Positions 11,985-21,466 of a stretch of 64,000 nt of DNA are shown here, piece by piece. Position 1 is the stretch's first letter. Each line of letters begins with the position of its first letter. The notes under the pieces are model-generated. The model was given only the letters and a program-made list of their open reading frames with translations. It was not told the origin of the DNA and did no database searches. Position numbers and translations under genes: made by a program. Source of the DNA: the human T2T-CHM13v2.0 reference genome, Homo sapiens; NCBI RefSeq assembly GCF_009914755.1, contig NC_060933.1; one strand, written 5' to 3'.

Positions 11985-12002
11985 GATATTGGATATTTTA
12001 TT

Positions 12003-12145
12003 ACCTACATTTTACATATGATAAAATGAGGCTCACTGAGGTTTTTCTTTTGTTCGTTTTATTTTGTTTTGTTTTTAAAGACTTGGCCCTAAACCACACA
12101 GAAGAGCTGGCATGAAACCCAGAGCTTTCAGACTCCGGAGCCTCA
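12003..12145. mobile_element. MIR SINE interrupted by a T-rich microsatellite; overlaps the cassette exon
   Basis: cattttacatatgataaaatgaggctcactgaggtt [T-tract] gacttggccctaaaccacacag...gagctggcatgaaacccagagctttcagactccggagcc follows the MIR core. Confidence 0.7.
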
Positions 12146-12200
12146 GCCCTTCACCCCGATTCCATTGCTTCTTGCTAAATGCTGCCGTTTTATCACGGAG
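12081..12200 (+). other. TLR4: TLR4 alternative 120-nt cassette exon with an in-frame stop
   Basis: Acceptor tttttaaag|ACT, donor GAG|gttaga. After exon 1 it reads ACT TGG CCC TAA. Matches my recollection of the TLR4 variant with an extra 120-nt exon, annotated as starting at Met41. Confidence 0.8.
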
Positions 12201-12274
12201 GTTAGAATGCTGAGCACGTAGTAGGTGCTCTTTACTTTCTAATCTAGAGTAAGACAATTTATAAGCATGAATTG

Positions 12275-12323
12275 AGTGAATGGATGGATGGATATATGGA
12301 TGGAAGGATGGACAGATGGATGA
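12275..12323. repeat. Degenerate (GGAT/GAAT)n repeat, probably an L2 tail
   Basis: gagtgaatggatggatggatatatggatggaaggatggacagatggatg. Confidence 0.7.
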
Positions 12324-12444
12324 AAGGTTGACTGAATTTTGTGCTTGCACAAAAAGAGGCCCCTCTCCACCATCTCTGGTCTAGGAGAGGGGAGTTGGGA
12401 GACCATGCAGTAAAGATACTTCATGTCATGTGTAATCATTGCAG

Positions 12445-12611
12445 GTGGTTCCTAATATTACTTATCAATGCATGGAGCTGAATTTCTACAAAATCCCCGA
12501 CAACCTCCCCTTCTCAACCAAGAACCTGGACCTGAGCTTTAATCCCCTGAGGCATTTAGGCAGCTATAGCTTCTTCAGTTTCCCAGAACTGCAGGTGCTG
12601 GATTTATCCAG
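12445..12611 (+). CDS. TLR4: Toll-like receptor 4, coding exon 2 (LRR-NT and first LRRs, aa 32-87)
   Basis: cattgcag|GTG GTT CCT AAT = [35 protein letters not shown]...; 167 nt; donor CAG|gtaatg. Confidence 0.98.
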
Positions 12612-13950
12612 GTAATGAATCCACTTTTACATACTGCACAAGGTGAGGTGTTCATTGTCCTATCATTTCATTATTGGACTGGAAAGCTTGGTTTGTGGAG
12701 TCTCATCTTCATTCACTTATTCATTCATACAACAGATGTCTTATTAACTATATAACCTTGAGCAAGCTACCTCTATTCTCCAGGTCTCAGTTTTCTAATC
12801 TGTGAAGTAGGCAGTTGGCTGAGACAGCTTCTAAGGGCAATTCTAATTTTAGGTTTTCTTTTAAGACAGGAGAGAAAATTAGCTTAAATTCTTTCATAAG
12901 CAGCTATTTATTGACTACTTGCTATATGTTGTACACTCTGCAAGAAGACAGGCATATATTGATATATAACACACAGCCCCTGTTGTTAAGGAGGCATATC
13001 TTCTTGAAAGAGTTAATACCTTAAAGTCCTGGGTATGGTCCTGGGTACATAGTATATAGTCAACACATTTTAATTATGATTTTTTGGATCTGGAAACTGA
13101 TATAAAGATAGCGACATATAACAGTAGGTGATAAATTATGTTTAAACTAAAGGTAACTAATTGTATTTTTCAGAAGAGGGGCCTTCTCTGTGGTGGGTAG
13201 TCAAGAAAGATTTCATGAACTGCATAAGATTCAAACAATGTCTAGAATATTAAAACTAGTGTACAGGATAGGGAATTAGGAAAAGACAAGTAACCCAAGG
13301 AGAAAGATGTCAAGATTAAAGGAAAACATCTGCTGTGGGCAGGGAATAATGGCTAAGATTTTCTTTTCTGATGCAGGGAAGTATATCGTTTGTTGTGGCA
13401 GGTGAAATGTCATCTTGATATTTTAGGGGAACCAAATTCTAAAAGGGTTTTCATCATCGGGGCCTTATTTGCAAATCGAACTAGATAATGGATCATGTTC
13501 TCTGCAATGGTTTGTAAAACATTTCAAAACATTTTACATATTTTTTATTATAGAAATTATTGATAAAGACTAAGGTCACAGTATAAAAATCCTTTTTAGA
13601 GCAGACATTTCTGTAGAAGAGTGAACATATGACCTATTATACTCTAATTTGGATATAGATAGGATGTAACAAAGGAGTAATGGAACAATTCAAAGGCAGT
13701 GGTATAGTGCATAGAGTCCTGTTGGGGTCAGAAGACCTGAGCCAAGTTTACCCCCAACATTTATAACCATGTAACCTTAGGCATATTACTTCATCTCCCT
13801 TAATCTTAGTTTTCATATCTGATCAATGGAAATGATGAAACTTATTCTGCTGGATTAAATGTGATAATAAATATTAATATGCTGTATATATTTAAATTTT
13901 TATAAAATATATTTTATAAGCATAAAGTATTCTTACAGAATTTCATTAGG

Positions 13951-14275
13951 TTTTTAAAATAATTTCAACTTTTATTTTTGATTCAGGGATTTACATGGTT
14001 ATATTGCGTAATGCTGAGGTGTAGGGTACAATCGATACCATCACTCAGGTAGTGAGCATAGTACCCAATAGTTAGTTTTTCAACCCTTGCTGCTTTCTCT
14101 CTATCCCCTCTCTAGTAATCCCCAGGGTCTATTTTTGTCATCTTTATGTCCATGTGTACTCCATGTTTGGATCCTACTTATAAAGTGAGAACTCATGGTA
14201 TTTGGCTTTCTGTTCCTTTGTTTGTTAATTTGCTTAGGATAATGGCTACTAGCTGCATCTATGCCATTATGTTCT
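13951..14275 (-). mobile_element. L1PA16/L1PB-type 3' fragment, antisense in intron 2
   Basis: atttcaacttttattttt ... catcactcaggtagtgagcatagtacccaatagttagtttttcaaccc ... aagtgagaactcatggtatttggctttctgttcct. Confidence 0.8.
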
Positions 14276-16274
14276 AAATTTCAGTTTCCTGCATGAAAAT
14301 TTTGTCAAGTACTCTATTAAGGTAGACCACCTCTCCCCTTTTTTTTTTTTCAAACAAGAAGTAGTTTTTCACCAAACAATGTCTCTTATGTAATTCATCT
14401 TCAATCCACTGGATACCCAATAAACTTGCCCCAGAAACCTTAAATCTGTGCTTACAGAGAGGCCAGCTTCCCTTCTTGTTAACCCATAGGAGATTCTGAA
14501 TTAGGGCAAGCACAAAAGATAGCACAATAGACATCCTTTGCCTTTTCGTACAGTGTTCACATACAGTAACTCAACTAGTCTTGTAAGAATGCTTTGTGAT
14601 AGACCAGGCAGCCTTCTTTCCCCTATAGAAATATATATATATTTCTTTTTATAGGTGAGGAAACTGAAGCTTGAATAATTTAAATGACTTATATACATTA
14701 TCATTGCTTGTTAGCCACAGACCAGAGATTTAAGTTCACATCTCCAGAATCCAACTTAAATGTTTTCTTTGTCTTAATACTCTACTTCTCTAAAGTGATT
14801 ATCACCAATGTAATGATATAGAGACACAGCAAGACCCTTTCCTTCTCACCTAATGTATAGAGCAATGCAGAGATAGAATGATGGGCTATAACAATCATAT
14901 AATTGAAAGAAAGAACTTCAAAAATAATCAAGTTCAGCTGTTTGATTTATAAATGTGATAACTAAAACCTAGAGAGGAAAAGAGGTACTCAAGATCACAC
15001 AGTAGGAGAGGACTGCAGAAACACCAAACCCAAGCTCTTTTGTCCACTCTTCCAGCGTTCTTTCTACTATACTGCCTATCCTTTATCTAGTTACCAATAA
15101 ATAACAAAAGCTTGGACCACAATGCTTTTATTGTCTAGGAAACTCCTGAAGAAGCTAAATAAAATGGGTGGGGAATATTGTAAATGTAATTCAGGCTGGA
15201 TTAAGAAAGAACTTATTTGTACATTGTAACTGACAAGCACCTGCAATGCTGAAAGGAATTTTTCATTGGCTTGCTGTTTGCTGGCTGCATCAAAGCCCTG
15301 TCTCTAGGACATGTCTCTGAACATTGTGTGTAGCATGGCTTTCATTTCTTTTAGGATAAAATTCAAAACCCTTTATCTGGTTGGTAAACCTCTGCCTAAT
15401 TGGGAACCTTCTTTCTCCACAACTCCATATTGTACACTCCAATTTCATCTCTGTTCTCCAACCATGGAAGCTATTTGTCATGATTCCTCCTTGTGTCATT
15501 TTTTTTCTGTCAACCTTGGGGCTTTTGTGTTTGCTGTTCACTTCACCTCCTTTTATTGTTAACTTCTACTCATCTTTCAATTTTCAACTTAAGTGTTCTC
15601 AGAGAAACCTACTTTGATTTTCTTGGTCCACAACGGTTCTCTGGATGTGAACTCTTATAGCACATAATTTTCACTTTTTTCCACAAAACTCGCTCCTATC
15701 ACCTGTTACAAGCATTTACCTCTGATAACAAGAACTTTCAAATATCTAGCTGTCATGTAAGCACTTTTCATAAACATTAAGAGTATCTGTGACACTTATG
15801 TGTAATGTTTCGTATCTCTGAAATTGATATTTACCAGTCATTTATCTTGGCTACCAACTAACAACTATCCATATTATCTGTACCAATCAGATGTATAATC
15901 ACAATTTTGTGTGACAGAAAATGGCTAAACTTGATCCAAGGCTATTACATGCTTTATCAACTGCACAATCTTTATATATGTCAATTATTGATCTTTAACT
16001 GATTTCCTTCTTATGGATTTTCTCCTCTGCTTATCATGTATGCCTAACATGACAAAAAAGAGCCTATCATTGCAGCCAGTATGATAATACTCAGTCTGTG
16101 GGGCTTCTTATTTGCTTATTCCATCATCATCTGTCCTGCTTGATGTCTTTGCCTATGCACAATCATATGACCCATCACATCTGTATGAAGAGCTGGATGA
16201 CTAGGATTAATATTCTATTTTAGGTTCTTATTCAGCAGAAATATTAGATAATCAATGTCTTTTTATTCCTGTAG

Positions 16275-18534
16275 GTGTGAAATCCAGACAATTGAAGATG
16301 GGGCATATCAGAGCCTAAGCCACCTCTCTACCTTAATATTGACAGGAAACCCCATCCAGAGTTTAGCCCTGGGAGCCTTTTCTGGACTATCAAGTTTACA
16401 GAAGCTGGTGGCTGTGGAGACAAATCTAGCATCTCTAGAGAACTTCCCCATTGGACATCTCAAAACTTTGAAAGAACTTAATGTGGCTCACAATCTTATC
16501 CAATCTTTCAAATTACCTGAGTATTTTTCTAATCTGACCAATCTAGAGCACTTGGACCTTTCCAGCAACAAGATTCAAAGTATTTATTGCACAGACTTGC
16601 GGGTTCTACATCAAATGCCCCTACTCAATCTCTCTTTAGACCTGTCCCTGAACCCTATGAACTTTATCCAACCAGGTGCATTTAAAGAAATTAGGCTTCA
16701 TAAGCTGACTTTAAGAAATAATTTTGATAGTTTAAATGTAATGAAAACTTGTATTCAAGGTCTGGCTGGTTTAGAAGTCCATCGTTTGGTTCTGGGAGAA
16801 TTTAGAAATGAAGGAAACTTGGAAAAGTTTGACAAATCTGCTCTAGAGGGCCTGTGCAATTTGACCATTGAAGAATTCCGATTAGCATACTTAGACTACT
16901 ACCTCGATGATATTATTGACTTATTTAATTGTTTGACAAATGTTTCTTCATTTTCCCTGGTGAGTGTGACTATTGAAAGGGTAAAAGACTTTTCTTATAA
17001 TTTCGGATGGCAACATTTAGAATTAGTTAACTGTAAATTTGGACAGTTTCCCACATTGAAACTCAAATCTCTCAAAAGGCTTACTTTCACTTCCAACAAA
17101 GGTGGGAATGCTTTTTCAGAAGTTGATCTACCAAGCCTTGAGTTTCTAGATCTCAGTAGAAATGGCTTGAGTTTCAAAGGTTGCTGTTCTCAAAGTGATT
17201 TTGGGACAACCAGCCTAAAGTATTTAGATCTGAGCTTCAATGGTGTTATTACCATGAGTTCAAACTTCTTGGGCTTAGAACAACTAGAACATCTGGATTT
17301 CCAGCATTCCAATTTGAAACAAATGAGTGAGTTTTCAGTATTCCTATCACTCAGAAACCTCATTTACCTTGACATTTCTCATACTCACACCAGAGTTGCT
17401 TTCAATGGCATCTTCAATGGCTTGTCCAGTCTCGAAGTCTTGAAAATGGCTGGCAATTCTTTCCAGGAAAACTTCCTTCCAGATATCTTCACAGAGCTGA
17501 GAAACTTGACCTTCCTGGACCTCTCTCAGTGTCAACTGGAGCAGTTGTCTCCAACAGCATTTAACTCACTCTCCAGTCTTCAGGTACTAAATATGAGCCA
17601 CAACAACTTCTTTTCATTGGATACGTTTCCTTATAAGTGTCTGAACTCCCTCCAGGTTCTTGATTACAGTCTCAATCACATAATGACTTCCAAAAAACAG
17701 GAACTACAGCATTTTCCAAGTAGTCTAGCTTTCTTAAATCTTACTCAGAATGACTTTGCTTGTACTTGTGAACACCAGAGTTTCCTGCAATGGATCAAGG
17801 ACCAGAGGCAGCTCTTGGTGGAAGTTGAACGAATGGAATGTGCAACACCTTCAGATAAGCAGGGCATGCCTGTGCTGAGTTTGAATATCACCTGTCAGAT
17901 GAATAAGACCATCATTGGTGTGTCGGTCCTCAGTGTGCTTGTAGTATCTGTTGTAGCAGTTCTGGTCTATAAGTTCTATTTTCACCTGATGCTTCTTGCT
18001 GGCTGCATAAAGTATGGTAGAGGTGAAAACATCTATGATGCCTTTGTTATCTACTCAAGCCAGGATGAGGACTGGGTAAGGAATGAGCTAGTAAAGAATT
18101 TAGAAGAAGGGGTGCCTCCATTTCAGCTCTGCCTTCACTACAGAGACTTTATTCCCGGTGTGGCCATTGCTGCCAACATCATCCATGAAGGTTTCCATAA
18201 AAGCCGAAAGGTGATTGTTGTGGTGTCCCAGCACTTCATCCAGAGCCGCTGGTGTATCTTTGAATATGAGATTGCTCAGACCTGGCAGTTTCTGAGCAGT
18301 CGTGCTGGTATCATCTTCATTGTCCTGCAGAAGGTGGAGAAGACCCTGCTCAGGCAGCAGGTGGAGCTGTACCGCCTTCTCAGCAGGAACACTTACCTGG
18401 AGTGGGAGGACAGTGTCCTGGGGCGGCACATCTTCTGGAGACGACTCAGAAAAGCCCTGCTGGATGGTAAATCATGGAATCCAGAAGGAACAGTGGGTAC
18501 AGGATGCAATTGGCAGGAAGCAACATCTATCTGA
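16275..18534 (+). CDS. TLR4: Toll-like receptor 4, coding exon 3: LRR ectodomain, LRR-CT, TM helix (~17908-17970) and TIR domain (~18028-18459)
   Basis: cctgtag|G TGT GAA ATC. LxxLxLxxN repeats, NDFACTC cap, [40 protein letters not shown] (BB-loop Pro714 at 18154-18156). 93+167+2260 = 2520 nt = 839 aa + stop. Confidence 0.99.
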
Positions 18535-19829
18535 AGAGGAAAAATAAAAACCTCCTGAGGCATTTCTTGCCCAGCTGGGTCCAACACTTGTTCAGTTAAT
18601 AAGTATTAAATGCTGCCACATGTCAGGCCTTATGCTAAGGGTGAGTAATTCCATGGTGCACTAGATATGCAGGGCTGCTAATCTCAAGGAGCTTCCAGTG
18701 CAGAGGGAATAAATGCTAGACTAAAATACAGAGTCTTCCAGGTGGGCATTTCAACCAACTCAGTCAAGGAACCCATGACAAAGAAAGTCATTTCAACTCT
18801 TACCTCATCAAGTTGAATAAAGACAGAGAAAACAGAAAGAGACATTGTTCTTTTCCTGAGTCTTTTGAATGGAAATTGTATTATGTTATAGCCATCATAA
18901 AACCATTTTGGTAGTTTTGACTGAACTGGGTGTTCACTTTTTCCTTTTTGATTGAATACAATTTAAATTCTACTTGATGACTGCAGTCGTCAAGGGGCTC
19001 CTGATGCAAGATGCCCCTTCCATTTTAAGTCTGTCTCCTTACAGAGGTTAAAGTCTAGTGGCTAATTCCTAAGGAAACCTGATTAACACATGCTCACAAC
19101 CATCCTGGTCATTCTCGAGCATGTTCTATTTTTTAACTAATCACCCCTGATATATTTTTATTTTTATATATCCAGTTTTCATTTTTTTACGTCTTGCCTA
19201 TAAGCTAATATCATAAATAAGGTTGTTTAAGACGTGCTTCAAATATCCATATTAACCACTATTTTTCAAGGAAGTATGGAAAAGTACACTCTGTCACTTT
19301 GTCACTCGATGTCATTCCAAAGTTATTGCCTACTAAGTAATGACTGTCATGAAAGCAGCATTGAAATAATTTGTTTAAAGGGGGCACTCTTTTAAACGGG
19401 AAGAAAATTTCCGCTTCCTGGTCTTATCATGGACAATTTGGGCTAGAGGCAGGAAGGAAGTGGGATGACCTCAGGAGGTCACCTTTTCTTGATTCCAGAA
19501 ACATATGGGCTGATAAACCCGGGGTGACCTCATGAAATGAGTTGCAGCAGAAGTTTATTTTTTTCAGAACAAGTGATGTTTGATGGACCTCTGAATCTCT
19601 TTAGGGAGACACAGATGGCTGGGATCCCTCCCCTGTACCCTTCTCACTGCCAGGAGAACTACGTGTGAAGGTATTCAAGGCAGGGAGTATACATTGCTGT
19701 TTCCTGTTGGGCAATGCTCCTTGACCACATTTTGGGAAGAGTGGATGTTATCATTGAGAAAACAATGTGTCTGGAATTAATGGGGTTCTTATAAAGAAGG
19801 TTCCCAGAAAAGAATGTTCATCCAGCCTC

Positions 19830-20790
19830 CTCAGAAACAGAACATTCAAGAAAAGGACAATCAGGATGTCATCAGGGAAATGAAAATAAAAACCACAATG
19901 AGATATCACCTTATACCAGGTAGAATGGCTACTATAAAAAAATGAAGTGTCATCAAGGATATAGAGAAATTGGAACCCTTCTTCACTGCTGGAGGGAATG
20001 GAAAATGGTGTAGCCGTTATGAAAAACAGTACGGAGGTTTCTCAAAAATTAAAAATAGAACTGCTATATGATCCAGCAATCTCACTTCTGTATATATACC
20101 CAAAATAATTGAAATCAGAATTTCAAGAAAATATTTACACTCCCATGTTCATTGTGGCACTCTTCACAATCACTGTTTCCAAAGTTATGGAAACAACCCA
20201 AATTTCCATTGAAAAATAAATGGACAAAGAAAATGTGCATATACGTACAATGGGATATTATTCAGCCTAAAAAAAGGGGGAATCCTGTTATTTATGACAA
20301 CATGAATAAACCCGGAGGCCATTATGCTATGTAAAATGAGCAAGTAACAGAAAGACAAATACTGCCTGATTTCATTTATATGAGGTTCTAAAATAGTCAA
20401 ACTCATAGAAGCAGAGAATAGAACAGTGGTTCCTAGGGAAAAGGAGGAAGGGAGAAATGAGGAAATAGGGAGTTGTCTAATTGGTATAAAATTATAGTAT
20501 GCAAGATGAATTAGCTCTAAAGATCAGCTGTATAGCAGAGTTCGTATAATGAACAATACTGTATTATGCACTTAACATTTTGTTAAGAGGGTACCTCTCA
20601 TGTTAAGTGTTCTTACCATATACATATACACAAGGAAGCTTTTGGAGGTGATGGATATATTTATTACCTTGATTGTGGTGATGGTTTGACAGGTATGTGA
20701 CTATGTCTAAACTCATCAAATTGTATACATTAAATATATGCAGTTTTATAATATCAATTATGTCTGAATGAAGCTATAAAAAAGAAAAGA
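19830..20790 (+). mobile_element. L1M (L1MB-like) 3' fragment within the TLR4 3'UTR
   Basis: catcagggaaatgaaaataaaaaccacaatgagatatcacc ... atgatccagcaatctcacttctg ... cttgattgtggtgatggttt ... A-rich tail. Confidence 0.85.
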
Positions 20791-21122
20791 CAACAAAATT
20801 CAGTTGTCAAAACTGGAAATATGACCACAGTCAGAAGTGTTTGTTACTGAGTGTTTCAGAGTGTGTTTGGTTTGAGCAGGTCTAGGGTGATTGAACATCC
20901 CTGGGTGTGTTTCCATGTCTCATGTACTAGTGAAAGTAGATGTGTGCATTTGTGCACATATCCCTATGTATCCCTATCAGGGCTGTGTGTATTTGAAAGT
21001 GTGTGTGTCCGCATGATCATATCTGTATAGAAGAGAGTGTGATTATATTTCTTGAAGAATACATCCATTTGAAATGGATGTCTATGGCTGTTTGAGATGA
21101 GTTCTCTACTCTTGTGCTTGTA

Positions 21123-21466
21123 CAGTAGTCTCCCCTTATCCCTTATGCTTGGTGGATACGTTCTTAGACCCCAAGTGGATCTCTGAGACCGCAGATGGTA
21201 CCAAACCTCATATATGCAATATTTTTTCCTATACATAAATACCTAAGATAAAGTTCATCTTCTGAATTAGGCACAGTAAGAGATTAACAATAACTAACAA
21301 TAAAATTGAATAGTTATAATAATATATTGTAATAAAAGTTATGTGAATGTGATCTCTTTCTTTCTCTCTCTCAAAATATCTTACTGTACTGTACTCACCT
21401 ATTTTCAGACCATAACTGACCATGAAACCTGGGAAAGTGAAACTGTGGATAAGTGAGGAACTAACA
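21123..21466 (-). mobile_element. MER44A (Tigger7-derived TcMar MITE)
   Basis: ta|cagtagtctccccttatcc TIR. Interior ggcacagtaagagattaacaa...tctctctcaaaatatcttactgtactgtactcacctattttc. Degenerate right TIR followed by TA. Confidence 0.8.

Noticed and set aside
13900-13919. Perfect 20-bp palindrome ttataaaatatattttataa
   Set aside because: All A/T in an AT-rich tract; plausible by chance or slippage, with no functional context.
16255-16274. 759-aa ORF starting MSFYSC as an independent protein
   Set aside because: The ATG lies in the intron 2 pyrimidine tract. The true exon starts at 16275, and the spliced lengths sum exactly to 839 aa.
6870-20090. Direct L1M repeats flanking the whole TLR4 CDS as NAHR substrates (23-bp identity at 6870-6892 and 20068-20090)
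   Set aside because: Independent old insertions, heavily diverged; the identity tract is far too short for efficient NAHR.
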